A DNA stretch of 62,968 nucleotides from Pyrinomonadaceae bacterium (GCA_036374695.1 DASUTF010000269.1:1-62968), one strand, 5' to 3'. Positions 36,017 to 45,151 are shown, numbered from the stretch's first letter. Program-made: numbers and translations. Notes: a model not told the origin generated them from the sequence alone.

Positions 36017-36508
36017 TCACTTAACCTCGTCGAGATACAACCTGATCGTATCGTCTCGGGACCGTGTAGTTCGACTAAGCTGCGATTCTGCACGGATTCT
36101 GCCGCGATAGGCCTCTGCAATAATCGCTTCAATCTCCGCTGGCTTGAGCTTAGAAATGGTCGTTTCAATTGTCGCGCGCTTCTCGCGCACCTCGGTTAAC
36201 ATGGTTCGTGATTCCGCAAGAATTCGTTGGGCCTCTGAGAGAAGGTGATCCCGCACGTCGCCCAATTTCTCGAGGTTTGACCGGATGAGCAGGTGTAGCG
36301 ATTCACATTCGGTTCTGACTCGCAACAAAGCGAGTTCTTCGTCGCTCAGGCAATTCAATGCCAGGGTCCTGCGTGACGCTTTTGCTAATCGATTTGCCTC
36401 TCGAATACTGCGAACGTGCAAGACGATTCCAGTAATCGACGTAACTCCTGAGATTGCCAACGCGATAACAGCTATCAGGGTTTTGGGGTCCATGGCGAAT
36501 TCGGGCAT
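36017..36508 (-). CDS. Hypothetical membrane-anchored coiled-coil protein
   Basis: One N-terminal TM helix (LIAVIALAISGVTSITGIVL) followed by helical heptad-like sequence. No family recognised. Confidence 0.5.
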   Translation of the reverse strand: MPEFAMDPKTLIAVIALAISGVTSITGIVLHVRSIREANRLAKASRRTLALNCLSDEELALLRVRTECESLHLLIRSNLEKLGDVRDHLLSEAQRILAESRTMLTEVREKRATIETTISKLKPAEIEAIIAEAYRGRIRAESQLSRTTRSRDDTIRLYLDEVK

Positions 36509-36551
36509 ACGATAGCACAGCCCGATTCAGCCGCGTTGATGACATGAATCG

Positions 36552-37151
36552 ATGATGCGAATCATTGCCGGGAAATATCGCGGGCGTCGATTGAAGAGTC
36601 CGCCCTCTGCGCAAACGCGGCCCACCTCGGATCGCTTGCGCGAGACTCTGTTCAATGTGCTCGCGCCGCGAATTGAAGGGGCGCGGTTCCTGGACCTGTG
36701 CGCCGGCACGGGCGCGGTCGGCATTGAGGCATTATCGCGCGGAGCCGAACACGTGACGTTCGTCGATCAGTCGCGCAAGATGTGTGGGTTGATTGAAGCG
36801 AACCTCAGAGCGCTTAAGATCGAATCAGAGAGCATCGATGTTGTGAGCGCCGACGCGACGGCATTTCTGAGAAAGTTTAGAAAGGGCCGAGAACCCTCCC
36901 CCACGGTCGGGCTAATGCCCCGGCTTCCGGAGCCGTTCGACATCATGTTTTTCGATCCGCCTTATGCGGCAGATTACGAGGCGGTATTGTCTTTCATCGC
37001 TCAGCACCGGCCCCAACTACTGTCCGGCGAAGGCATCGCGGTCGTCGAACATCACAAGAAGAAAGATTTGCCCGAAGAATTTGGTTCGCTGAAATGCTAC
37101 CGCAGGTTGAGGCAGGGCGACTCGGTGTTGAGTTTCTATGAGGCAACGTGA
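36552..37151 (+). CDS. rsmD: 16S rRNA (guanine966-N2)-methyltransferase RsmD
   Basis: MRIIAGKYRGRRLKSP, RPTSDRLRETLFNVL, LDLCAGTGAVGIEALSRGA, FFDPPY. Confidence 0.88.
   Translation: MMRIIAGKYRGRRLKSPPSAQTRPTSDRLRETLFNVLAPRIEGARFLDLCAGTGAVGIEALSRGAEHVTFVDQSRKMCGLIEANLRALKIESESIDVVSADATAFLRKFRKGREPSPTVGLMPRLPEPFDIMFFDPPYAADYEAVLSFIAQHRPQLLSGEGIAVVEHHKKKDLPEEFGSLKCYRRLRQGDSVLSFYEAT
36894..36922. repeat. Family K repeat unit inside the rsmD CDS
   Basis: CCCTCCCCCACGGTCGGGCTAATGCCCCG resembles the intergenic units GCCCTCCCTGACGGTCGGACTGCTGCCCCG (40756..40784) and GGCCCTCCCTGACGGTCGGGCTTCTGA (50023..50053). Translated in frame as EPSPTVGLMPR. Confidence 0.65.
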
Positions 37152-37152
37152 A

Positions 37153-37309
37153 CTGGGAGCGCGGGCGCCCCGCCCGCTCATGATTGTGGTGGAAAATGAT
37201 TGCGGACGAGGGCGTCCGCGTTCCCAACTTTCTGCATGAGCGGATGGGACTCAATCCTCACGTCGAAAGTTGGATCGCCGACCCACCCGCTAACGCGGGT
37301 GGTACTGAC
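37153..37309. repeat. Family C double hairpin (GGGAGCGCGGGCGCCCCGCCCGCTC ... GCGGACGAGGGCGTCCGCGTTCCC) plus a CCACCCGC-TAAC-GCGGGTGG hairpin
   Basis: Outer arms GGGAGCGCGG/CCGCGTTCCC. Inner hairpins GCGGGCG-CCC-CGCCCGC and GCGGACG-AGGG-CGTCCGC. Second hairpin at 37283..37302. Confidence 0.8.
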
Positions 37310-37334
37310 TTCATCACTCCGCTAGAATCCTTCA

Positions 37335-38408
37335 ATGCTCGTTCTCGGAATTGAAACTTCCTGCGATGAAACTGCCGCGGCCGTGATCCGCGACGGCCAC
37401 GAGATTGTTTCGTCCGTAATTGCCTCGCAGATCAAGACCCACGAGAAATTTGGCGGAGTCGTGCCGGAGCTGGCTTCACGCGAACACCTCGACAAGATTG
37501 TGCCGATCGTCGAAGAAGCGCTGGCGCGTGCCAAGACGACGAAAGAGCAAATCGATGGCATCGCTGTGACCAATGGCCCGGGATTAATCGGGTCCCTGCT
37601 GGTCGGTGTCTCGTACGCGAAGGCAATGGCCTACGCGCTGAACAAGCCTTTGGTCGGTGTGAATCACATCGAAGGCCACATCTACTCGGTCTGTTTCGAA
37701 AATCCGCCGGTGGAACATCCCGCGTTGGCGCTCATCGTTTCCGGTGGGCACACGAATGTTTTCTTCGTGCCCGAGCCCGGCAAGTACAAAGTCGTCGGGC
37801 GCACCCGCGACGATGCCGCCGGCGAAGCGTTCGACAAGGTGGCGAAGCTGCTCGGGCTGGGTTATCCGGGGGGCCCCGTCATCGAACGGCTGGCGAGAGA
37901 AGGGAATCCGAAAGCGGTGAAGTTCGCGGTTCCGCGGATGGGCGACAACCGTCCGGATTTCAGCTTCAGCGGCTTGAAGACGGCCGTGCAAAAGTATGTG
38001 CGGGAATCGGGTCTGCAACCCGTGAGCAACGGCGGGGAACCTTCGCAGGGGATCAAAGATCTTGCGGCGAGTTTTCAAAGCACGGTGATTCGTTCACTGG
38101 TTTCGACGATGGAGAGAGTCGCGGAAGAGTACCGGCCCAGAACTTTGATCGTCGCCGGTGGCGTGGCGTGCAATCGTGCTTTGCGCGAAGCGTGCAGCCA
38201 AGCGGCTGGGCGATTGGGAGTGCCAGTTTACTTTCCTTCGCCGCACCTTTCGACCGACAACGCCGCGATGATCGCGGCGGCTGGGGCGGTGAAACTGCAA
38301 TCCGGGGAACGCGCCGGCTGGGATTTGAATGCCGACGTGATGATGCGGCTTCAGAACATCGAATTGGAAGAGGTCGAGTTAAGGAAGCGAGTCAGGTACC
38401 GCCTGTGA
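37335..38408 (+). CDS. tsaD: tRNA N6-adenosine threonylcarbamoyltransferase TsaD (Kae1/Gcp)
   Basis: [44 protein letters not shown]. Confidence 0.95.
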   Translation: MLVLGIETSCDETAAAVIRDGHEIVSSVIASQIKTHEKFGGVVPELASREHLDKIVPIVEEALARAKTTKEQIDGIAVTNGPGLIGSLLVGVSYAKAMAYALNKPLVGVNHIEGHIYSVCFENPPVEHPALALIVSGGHTNVFFVPEPGKYKVVGRTRDDAAGEAFDKVAKLLGLGYPGGPVIERLAREGNPKAVKFAVPRMGDNRPDFSFSGLKTAVQKYVRESGLQPVSNGGEPSQGIKDLAASFQSTVIRSLVSTMERVAEEYRPRTLIVAGGVACNRALREACSQAAGRLGVPVYFPSPHLSTDNAAMIAAAGAVKLQSGERAGWDLNADVMMRLQNIELEEVELRKRVRYRL

Positions 38409-38422
38409 TTCTGTTCAGATCA

Positions 38423-38538
38423 ACCACAAAGACACTAAGACGCAAAGAAAGAAATCAGCCACAGACGGACACGGATACACACTGATCTGAATCTCAATCT
38501 GTGTGTATCGGTGTTTATCTGTGGCAGTTCTTCAGTGG
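38423..38538. repeat. Family F inverted repeat between convergent tsaD and the MOSC gene
   Basis: GCCACAGACGGACACGGATACACAC (38458..38482) versus GTGTGTATCGGTGTTTATCTGTGGC (38501..38525), preceded by CACAAAGACACTAAGACGCAAAGAAAG words. Confidence 0.8.
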
Positions 38539-39000
38539 CTAATCTTTCGCTTCTGATACCGTCGCGCCGACGCGAATGGTGCCTTCGGTCAAAATCTGCG
38601 CGCGCAAGCCGGCGCGATGAACCAATCCCGGGAGAACCTGTTTGACGGTAAGCTTTTGCAGATGCGCGCACGGCTCACACAGCATGACGCCGCGCGCTTT
38701 TACTTCGCCGACCCAGAACTCTTTTCCCACCAGGTGATTTAGCGGCACGCCGCGCGTCACAATGTTGCGGCGGGTGTCGCTCAAACCGTAATCCACGTCG
38801 AGTTCGCGCCTGAACGCTTCAATAGCTTCAGCCTCTATCAGCGTCAGTTCACGTTTAACTTCCGGCGCGCGCCCCTTGTTGTCGAAGTAGCGATCGCCTT
38901 CCAGTCCGCGCCCGGGAATGGCGCGCACTTCATCGACGGATTGCATGGGCGCTTCCGCCTGCGGTGTGATGTTGATTGAGACTACCGTTCCTTCGAACAT
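38539..39000 (-). CDS. MOSC-domain protein
   Basis: MFEGTVVSINI...IPGRGLEGDRY...RRNIVTRGVPLNHLVGKEFWVGEV...GVMLCEPCAHL. ATG at 39000 with GGAG upstream. The longer track ORF (to 39186) is translated from repeats. Confidence 0.82.
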   Translation of the reverse strand: MFEGTVVSINITPQAEAPMQSVDEVRAIPGRGLEGDRYFDNKGRAPEVKRELTLIEAEAIEAFRRELDVDYGLSDTRRNIVTRGVPLNHLVGKEFWVGEVKARGVMLCEPCAHLQKLTVKQVLPGLVHRAGLRAQILTEGTIRVGATVSEAKD

Positions 39001-39026
39001 GTTCGCTAGCTTTCTCCTTCGGAAGT

Positions 39027-39133
39027 TTAGAGGCGGTCTACCGCCCGCCTCTAAGTCGGGCAGTAGCCCGACTCTAAACGGCCAGTCGGTACGCATGCGC
39101 CTCGCATACTGCACGCCGGAGGCGTGCGTACCC
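39027..39133. repeat. Cluster of three hairpin units including family D copy 1
   Basis: TTAGAGGCGG...CCGCCTCTAA (39027..39054). AGTCGGGC-AGTA-GCCCGACT (39054..39073). GTCGGTACGCATGCGCC...GCACGCC-GGA-GGCGTGCGTACCC (39086..39133). Confidence 0.8.
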
Positions 39134-39136
39134 AAA

Positions 39137-40492
39137 TTAGATTGACGCTGCGATTGCGTCGTCAAAAATCTCGAGCGCCACGTCAACGTGTTCCTTCGTT
39201 AAAATCAATGGCGGTGACCAGCGAATGGTGTTCGTTCCGCAGCCCAGCAGAATCAATCCGCGTTCGAACACGGCCATTTCCACGCGATCGCGCAGCTCCG
39301 GATCGGGCGTGCGGCTGGTCTTGTCTTTCACGAACTCGACCCCGAGCATGAAACCCCGCCCGCGCACGTCGCCGATGCACTCGTGCTTTGCCATCAGCTT
39401 TTTTAAACCGCGTTTCAGGTAATCGCCGACGTCGGCTGCGTTCGCGACCAGTTCCCGCTCAAGCAACTCAATCGTCTTCATCGCCGCCGCAATCGCGACC
39501 GGATTGCCGCCGAACGTCGATGCATGCGCGCCCTTTTTCCAATCCATCAAATCCGCGCGCGCGACGCACGCGCCGAGCGGCAACCCGGAAGCGATGCCTT
39601 TCGCGATGCAGATGACATCGGGCTGCACTTCGTCGTGCTCGCAAGCGAACATTTTGCCGGTGCGGCCCATGCCACTCTGCACTTCGTCAAAGACGAGAAG
39701 GATCCCGTGTTCATCGCAAATCCGGCGCAGTCCTTTCAGAAAACCTTTCGGCGCCGGCACGTAGCCGCCTTCACCCTGAATCGGCTCGACGACAATGGCG
39801 GCAACTTCTTCAGGCGGCGTAGTCGTCTTGAACAGACGGTTTTCTATCCAATTGAGCGCGCCCTGGGAGGCCCCGCCGGTGCCGCAATCTTCAGCACTGA
39901 ACGGATTGCGATAGTCATTCGGATAAGGCACATGCACGACGTCGAGCGCTTGCCGTTTGAAACCTGATCGTTGCGCCACCTTTGACGACGTCAGCGACAG
40001 CGAGCCCAACGTTCGTCCGTGAAAGCAGCCAAAGAACGCGATGAATTTTTCACGTCCGGTGGCATGCATTGCGAGCTTCAAAGCGGTTTCGACGGCCTCA
40101 GTTCCGCTGTTGGCAAAATGCGTGCGGGTCGGACTCGGCACCGGCGTGATTGCATCCAGCGCTTCTGCCAGGTCAGGCATCAGCCGGTAGTAATAATCGG
40201 TGCCGCAGATATGAATCAGTTGCGCCGCTTGATCCTGAATGGCTTTGACGACTTCAGGGTGACAATGTCCGGTAGAACACACGGCCACGCCGGCGTTGCA
40301 ATCGAGAAAGACGTTGCCGTCAACGTCTTCGACCCACACGCCCTGGGCGCGTTCGGCCACGAGTTTGAAATCGGGACGCGGATACGCTGGATTAACGTAT
40401 TGCGCATCGGCGGCGATAATCTTTCGCCCCTTGGGACCCGGCAAGTCGGTCTTGATGTCAGGTCGTTTTACAGCTAATGCGGTTGCCATCAT
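39137..40492 (-). CDS. Class III PLP-dependent aminotransferase (GabT / acetylornithine aminotransferase-like)
   Basis: DVDGNVFLDCNAGVAVCSTGHCHP, NSGTEAVE, DEVQSGMGRTG, ICIAKGIASGLPLGA (PLP lysine region). Specificity cannot be assigned by eye. Confidence 0.85.
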   Translation of the reverse strand: MMATALAVKRPDIKTDLPGPKGRKIIAADAQYVNPAYPRPDFKLVAERAQGVWVEDVDGNVFLDCNAGVAVCSTGHCHPEVVKAIQDQAAQLIHICGTDYYYRLMPDLAEALDAITPVPSPTRTHFANSGTEAVETALKLAMHATGREKFIAFFGCFHGRTLGSLSLTSSKVAQRSGFKRQALDVVHVPYPNDYRNPFSAEDCGTGGASQGALNWIENRLFKTTTPPEEVAAIVVEPIQGEGGYVPAPKGFLKGLRRICDEHGILLVFDEVQSGMGRTGKMFACEHDEVQPDVICIAKGIASGLPLGACVARADLMDWKKGAHASTFGGNPVAIAAAMKTIELLERELVANAADVGDYLKRGLKKLMAKHECIGDVRGRGFMLGVEFVKDKTSRTPDPELRDRVEMAVFERGLILLGCGTNTIRWSPPLILTKEHVDVALEIFDDAIAASI

Positions 40493-40755
40493 CTCTTTTA
40501 CTCCTTGAAAGAAAAGCCTCGGTTTGACACTTTCGGGAAGTGCCGTTTCGAACGAGATGTTGATGGATGAGTACTAGTCCGCGAAGAGATTGACGCGGTT
40601 GTCGAGAGGTCTCAGATGAATCGAACCTTGAAACATTTTCGGTGGCGGGATGATATCACCGCCGGGAAATGAAGGCCAGAGCTCCGGTTGGGCACGGCGG
40701 GGTGTGCGGTGAGTCGGCCCGCCGCTAGGAGGGTTCATCAAGTCCCCCATCAGAG

Positions 40756-40784
40756 CCCTCCCTGACGGTCGGACTGCTGCCCCG
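40756..40784. repeat. Family K repeat unit
   Basis: GCCCTCCCTGACGGTCGGACTGCTGCCCCG. Confidence 0.7.
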
Positions 40785-40795
40785 TTTCTCCGACG

Positions 40796-41449
40796 CTACG
40801 CCGAGTACCAGAGCACCGCGAAAAAGTGACAGGTGGTGCCGGCAATTACAAAAAGGTGCCAGGCGAAGTGGCTATAGCGAATTGAGTGCATTCTGAAGCA
40901 GATGGTGCCGGCGGTGTAAGCGAGACCGCCCGCCAGTATCCAAATCAGCGCCGCCCAGGGCATGCTGAACAGAATATGCGGCGCGGCAATGACCGCGAGC
41001 CAGCCCATCAGAAGGTAAAGAGGAACAGTCAACCAGCGATGCTGCGTGCCGAAGATGGCTTTCATCGTTAAGCCGAAAACGGCCAGCGACCAGACCAGTC
41101 CAAACAAAGTCCAGCCCCAGGGTCCGCGCATTACTCCCAGCGTGAACGGCGTGTACGTGCCGGCGATCAAGATGAAGATTGCCCCGTGATCGAGGAGGCG
41201 AAAGACGCGCTTGGCGCGATCGTCGGGAATGGCGTGATAGAGCGTTGAAGCGAGGTAAAGCAGCATCATCGAGGTCGCGAACACGCTGACGCCGACGATG
41301 TTCCAGATGCTGCCCGCGCGCGCGGCGGTAATGATTAAGAACGGCGCCGCGGCAATCGCGAGCAGCAGACCAATTCCATGGCTGATGCTGTTGGCGATTT
41401 CTTCGCTGACTGTTTGGCGCCGTTCGGTAACGGCCGCGACCTCGCTCAT
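40796..41449 (-). CDS. Hemolysin III / PAQR-family membrane protein
   Basis: Seven predicted TM helices, EEIANSISHGIG, LDHGAIFILIAGTYTP, FAWHLFVIAG. ATG 41449 preferred. The overlapping 254-aa alternative frame is rejected. Confidence 0.85.
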   Translation of the reverse strand: MSEVAAVTERRQTVSEEIANSISHGIGLLLAIAAAPFLIITAARAGSIWNIVGVSVFATSMMLLYLASTLYHAIPDDRAKRVFRLLDHGAIFILIAGTYTPFTLGVMRGPWGWTLFGLVWSLAVFGLTMKAIFGTQHRWLTVPLYLLMGWLAVIAAPHILFSMPWAALIWILAGGLAYTAGTICFRMHSIRYSHFAWHLFVIAGTTCHFFAVLWYSA

Positions 41450-41495
41450 ACGCCGATTGTAAACGAGGCGCGCAGAAATCACCACGGCTTTGTTG

Positions 41496-41570
41496 ACTGG
41501 AGCGCAAGCGTCCCGCTTGCTCGCAGCAGTACGAACCTTCGTTTGCAAGCGAGACGCTTGCGCTCCAGTC
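41496..41570. repeat. Family B double-hairpin repeat, copy 1
   Basis: ACTGGAGCGCAAGCGTCCCGCTTGC ... GCAAGCGAGACGCTTGCGCTCCAGT. The arms are reverse complements with one mismatch. Each arm also folds locally (GCAAGCG-TCC-CGCTTGC). Confidence 0.88.
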
Positions 41571-41586
41571 CTTGCTGGATAGTTGG

Positions 41587-41678
41587 ACTTTGCGATGCTG
41601 TGCGTCTTTGCGCCTTGGCGTGAAGGCCTTCCTCAAAAACCATTCACGCCAAGCCGCAAAGACCGCAAGGAAAAACGC
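41587..41678. repeat. Family E inverted repeat, copy 1 (TTTGCG words ... TCACGCCAAG..CGCAAAG)
   Basis: ctttgcgatgctgtgcgtctttgcgccttggcgtgaagg ... cattcacgccaagccgcaaagaccgcaagg. Same architecture as 45152..45247 and 52508..52603. Confidence 0.8.
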
Positions 41679-41699
41679 ATAGAGGAAACGGCCCGCCGG

Positions 41700-42314
41700 T
41701 TACTTCCGCTTGAGAATCTTCGCGGTAAACGAACCTTTGATGGCGCTGTCGCCGGCCGTCACATCGATGTCGCCGGAGATTGAATCGTCCGTGACCGAGG
41801 TGAGGGTGACTTGTCCGCTCAGACTGCTTCGGTCGAACCAGGTTTTCGTGTCGGCGCTGCCTTTGCGCGTGACGATGCCGACCGTTTCGACTTTCATGTA
41901 CTTGTCGGCTTTAGCGGAATACGTGCCGGTTTTGAGCGGCGCAGGATCCTTCGTGCCTTCCTCGCCCACCAGGCTGAAGACCACGCGCATCTGATCTTCC
42001 GACGTCATCGGCTTCTCGAGCGTCATCCCGAAATTAGTCCCGTCGAGATCGTAATCCGCCGTAAAGACGTTGTAGACCACGGCCGTCGTGATCTTCTGAT
42101 TGATGTCGGTGAATGACTTGGTGACCGCGAAGGCGAAACCCGACTTCACGGGAACATCCTTTTCGCCGGCGGCCGGTGACTTAACGTGCAGGCTGTTGCC
42201 GCCGCTGCCTTTGCTGCAGGCCGAGAGCGACAGTGCGACGACGCTGACTAGCAAGAAGAACGAAATGAAAGAACGACGTGAAGGGTGCAGGGGCATAATT
42301 CTTTCTCCAATCAA
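41700..42314 (-). CDS. Hypothetical lipoprotein
   Basis: Lipobox LSLSAC after a hydrophobic signal (FISFFLLVSVVA). Start 42314 or ATG 42296. Confidence 0.6.
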   Translation of the reverse strand: MIGERIMPLHPSRRSFISFFLLVSVVALSLSACSKGSGGNSLHVKSPAAGEKDVPVKSGFAFAVTKSFTDINQKITTAVVYNVFTADYDLDGTNFGMTLEKPMTSEDQMRVVFSLVGEEGTKDPAPLKTGTYSAKADKYMKVETVGIVTRKGSADTKTWFDRSSLSGQVTLTSVTDDSISGDIDVTAGDSAIKGSFTAKILKRK

Positions 42315-42451
42315 AGAATTGACAGAGCAGAGTGTGCGCGGGCGAGGCTTTGCGCAGTGATTTTGTACGGGAAACGGGGAACGACGTCAACAGCCGACAA
42401 TTTGGGCGGCTCGTTTTCGGAGGTTTTTGACTAACAGATTCTCCGGACGGT

Positions 42452-42910
42452 TTACCGGTGACTGATTTTCTTTACCTTGACGATCTGCGGAGGTGAGGCG
42501 GTTTCGGGAATCTCAATTGGTTTCCAGTCGCCCGTCTTCAGCGCTCGCTTTCGGTACTCATCAAGGATTATGTGTCCTTCCGGATTGAAAACCGCGGCGG
42601 CAACTTGAAAATCCCAACTGATATCGTCTTCACTACCAAACGTGACGCCGACCCGCCATTCCTTCGTGATGGGATCGATTTTCGCCTCACCCTGTGGCCA
42701 CCAAACACCTTCGAAATCGGTGCGCCGAACGAGGATCCAGAGACGGTAACCGCCAGGTATCTTCGCCGTGCCGGTTATGGGCATGCCTTTGCCAACCGGC
42801 AGACCGTCGCGATCTGGATCTTTGATCGTAACTGCGAATTCCTGAGCGCGTGTGTCAAGGCACATGACTAAGAGAAGACCAAAGGCAAGTGCCGCTGCTA
42901 GTTGTTTCAT
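42452..42910 (-). CDS. Hypothetical secreted protein
   Basis: Signal peptide MKQLAAALAFGLLLVMCLDTRAQ. No family recognised. Confidence 0.55.
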   Translation of the reverse strand: MKQLAAALAFGLLLVMCLDTRAQEFAVTIKDPDRDGLPVGKGMPITGTAKIPGGYRLWILVRRTDFEGVWWPQGEAKIDPITKEWRVGVTFGSEDDISWDFQVAAAVFNPEGHIILDEYRKRALKTGDWKPIEIPETASPPQIVKVKKISHR

Positions 42911-42958
42911 TGTGGGGCCTCCGTTTCTTGCCGACCAGAGTCATTCTGGCGCGAGTGC

Positions 42959-43705
42959 TTATTTGTTTTGACAGAGTCTCAAGACGGCTTTGTATCTTTC
43001 GAATGCAGTGTCGTAATTCTGATTGGCGTATGCATCGTCAGCTTCCTTCAACAAATTTCGCGCATTGTCATCACAACCGGGTCGCTTAATCGTGGTTCGA
43101 AATAGGTCAAGGGCTTTCTGTTTATCCCGCGGATTACCGGATTGGTTCCAGCCTTCGCCGCGCTTCAGTGTCTCGCCCACGTCGGGGCTCGGTGGTGTTG
43201 CCTTGTTGTTAGGAGTCGCGACAACTTCAGTCGAAACAGTTCGATCACGATGCGATGTGCTTTCTGACGGCTCCGTTGGTGTCGCAGAAGGGGAGTGAGT
43301 CACCGCGGGTGTTTGAGTCGCAGGCGGTGATTGAGTCGCAGCCGGAATAGGCCCCGGCAGCGCCGTAGAAGAGCGCGCCGGCAGGACTTGAAATGGATCG
43401 AACACAAACTGGATGAGAATGAACAGTGCAATTCCGCCAGCAGCCGAAAACGCAATTCCCCTGAGCGTGCCATGCAGGATGATGCCTCCTACGAAAAACG
43501 TGGCGAAGAAACCGGCTGAAAGTGCCATTAGGAAGCGGACGATCGGAAACTTGATGGGATCAATATCGACAAAGACGATCAGCATGAGAAATAGCAGGAT
43601 CAACCCCCCGAAAATCCACGAAGCAATGCCGGCAGATTCCTCGAAAGGCCTGCCTTTCCTGGCAAGTTTTTCTTTCGCAGGGGATGTGCGTCCCGGCTTT
43701 TCCAC
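42959..43705 (-). CDS. Hypothetical membrane protein with Pro/Thr-rich linker and helical C-terminal domain
   Basis: Three predicted TM helices, PATQSPPATQTPAVTHSPSATPTEP linker, TPR-like C-terminus (DDAYANQNYDTAFERYKAVL). Confidence 0.55.
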   Translation of the reverse strand: MEKPGRTSPAKEKLARKGRPFEESAGIASWIFGGLILLFLMLIVFVDIDPIKFPIVRFLMALSAGFFATFFVGGIILHGTLRGIAFSAAGGIALFILIQFVFDPFQVLPARSSTALPGPIPAATQSPPATQTPAVTHSPSATPTEPSESTSHRDRTVSTEVVATPNNKATPPSPDVGETLKRGEGWNQSGNPRDKQKALDLFRTTIKRPGCDDNARNLLKEADDAYANQNYDTAFERYKAVLRLCQNK

Positions 43706-43840
43706 GTGCTGCCAACATCCGAACAGGACAGCCTGAGCGGCGGGATGCCTGTCGGGGGATTAGTAAGTTGGGACTGATCCTAGAACCAAACGGCAAACAG
43801 TGCAACGTTTTTGCTACAACTGATAAGACGCAGAGCCGGG

Positions 43841-44392
43841 TTAAGGGCGGGGCCTGAAATCGACTGATAGCGGTTGCCAAGTGGGCGATACGCCGACAAC
43901 TCCTTTGTTGATGTTCACAACTTCGAGCCGTTCCGGCGTAACTTTGATCAGCAGATAGCTCTTATCGCGATCGGGATAGAAAGCTTTCCAGTCGTCCTTC
44001 CAGCGGCGCGCCTTTTCCGCCTTATCGTTTACCAGTCGCGCGGTTCCGTAAATTGTGACGTAAGCCGCACTCTCTTTATCGAAGTAATAGAGCGTCACCT
44101 TTGGGTTGCGCCGGATTTCGGTGACTTTGCGACTGCGCGGATTCGTGGCCAGCCACACAGTCATGTCTGTTTCAGGAGCGAAAGCGTCCATCGTTCGGGC
44201 TTGGGCCCGACCGTTGCGGCCCGTTGTGATCAACGCGCAATAACGCGTGGTGGTCATGATTTCGCGTGCGGCGGAAATCAGCGCGTCGCGTGAGAAGGTT
44301 GGCTGTTGGGACAAGGCACCTGGGCTCAGCGCGGCCGTGCTAATTAGCAAAACACCTGCGCAGACCTTCAGTTTGATTTCCATAGACTTCAT
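43841..44392 (-). CDS. Pyridoxamine 5'-phosphate oxidase-like (FMN-binding split barrel) protein with signal peptide
   Basis: YCALITTGRNGRAQARTM...VWLATNPRSRKVTEIRRNPKVTLYY...YVTIYGTARLV. Confidence 0.7.
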   Translation of the reverse strand: MKSMEIKLKVCAGVLLISTAALSPGALSQQPTFSRDALISAAREIMTTTRYCALITTGRNGRAQARTMDAFAPETDMTVWLATNPRSRKVTEIRRNPKVTLYYFDKESAAYVTIYGTARLVNDKAEKARRWKDDWKAFYPDRDKSYLLIKVTPERLEVVNINKGVVGVSPTWQPLSVDFRPRP

Positions 44393-44409
44393 GAGTGCTC
44401 GTTCGTTCC

Positions 44410-44523
44410 TGGCTCCGTTAGGAGCGCGATGTCTCTAGAACAGCGAGGTAAAGCAATAGCCAACTCCGTGGGAGTGAAATTTCAAAACGACTGATCGAAA
44501 CATTCCGCTCCTATGGAGCTTGC
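44410..44523. repeat. Family J hairpin units (GCTCC-GTTA-GGAGC + ATGTCTCTAG; ACTCC-GTG-GGAGT; GCTCC-TAT-GGAGC)
   Basis: Three small hairpins read directly. The first is followed by GCGATGTCTCTAGAA, as in other J units. Confidence 0.8.
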
Positions 44524-45137
44524 TAGATGTCTTGTTCGCGCGGAGCTATAAACATTCCGTCCCCACCGGACTGCGCCAGGGAAATCTCCGGCACAACCCG
44601 TGCAAACGATTGTCGAATCGATTCTTTCGGTGGCGGCTCAGGCCAAATCGGTAAACGTCGCCCGATCGCGTGCCGCAACACCTGCGCGCGAAAATATTTT
44701 TCGTGGTCCCACTCGACTTCAGCCATCTCGAGCAGGCAATCGATCAGTTCGGTTTGACCGGAATCGCGCGCGAAACGCGCAGCGGTTTCGTACTCGACGA
44801 TGTTCCGGCTCTCCAGTTTGCCCGCGCCGTACATCGGCGCGAGCCACCCCGTTACATGACACAGAAATCCTAAGGTCCGGCCGATGACGGTCGCTCGTGT
44901 CTCGCGCGTTTTGTTTGGCGCGCTGCCGAGCGCCGCCAGCATTTCACCGACCAGCTTCCGGTGCCGCCATTCATCTTCTTCAATTGTGCGAATCGATTCG
45001 CGTTCATCGGCGGCGTTAACGGAATGCCAGTGACCGCGATAGGCGTACGCCGCGGCCAACTCGCCCGAATACGCGAGCTGAAGAATGGCGATGAGTTTCT
45101 GACGGTTATCGTCTGACTTAGACATACCCGAAATCAA
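44523..45137 (-). CDS. Ferritin-like di-iron domain protein
   Basis: Two E..ExxH-type segments (LAYSGELAAAYAY...EEDEWRHRKL and EYETAARF...EVEWDHEKYF). The last ~10 codons (..GMFIAPREQDI) contain the J-repeat word ATGTTTATAG. Confidence 0.65.
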   Translation of the reverse strand: MISGMSKSDDNRQKLIAILQLAYSGELAAAYAYRGHWHSVNAADERESIRTIEEDEWRHRKLVGEMLAALGSAPNKTRETRATVIGRTLGFLCHVTGWLAPMYGAGKLESRNIVEYETAARFARDSGQTELIDCLLEMAEVEWDHEKYFRAQVLRHAIGRRLPIWPEPPPKESIRQSFARVVPEISLAQSGGDGMFIAPREQDI

Positions 45138-45151
45138 ATGGCCGCGTATTT

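Noticed and set aside
40872-41636. 254-aa ORF in an alternative frame over the hemolysin III gene
   Set aside because: It has an extremely Arg/Ala/Gly-rich composition and its 5' part is translated from family B/E repeats. The other frame gives a clean seven-TM PAQR protein.
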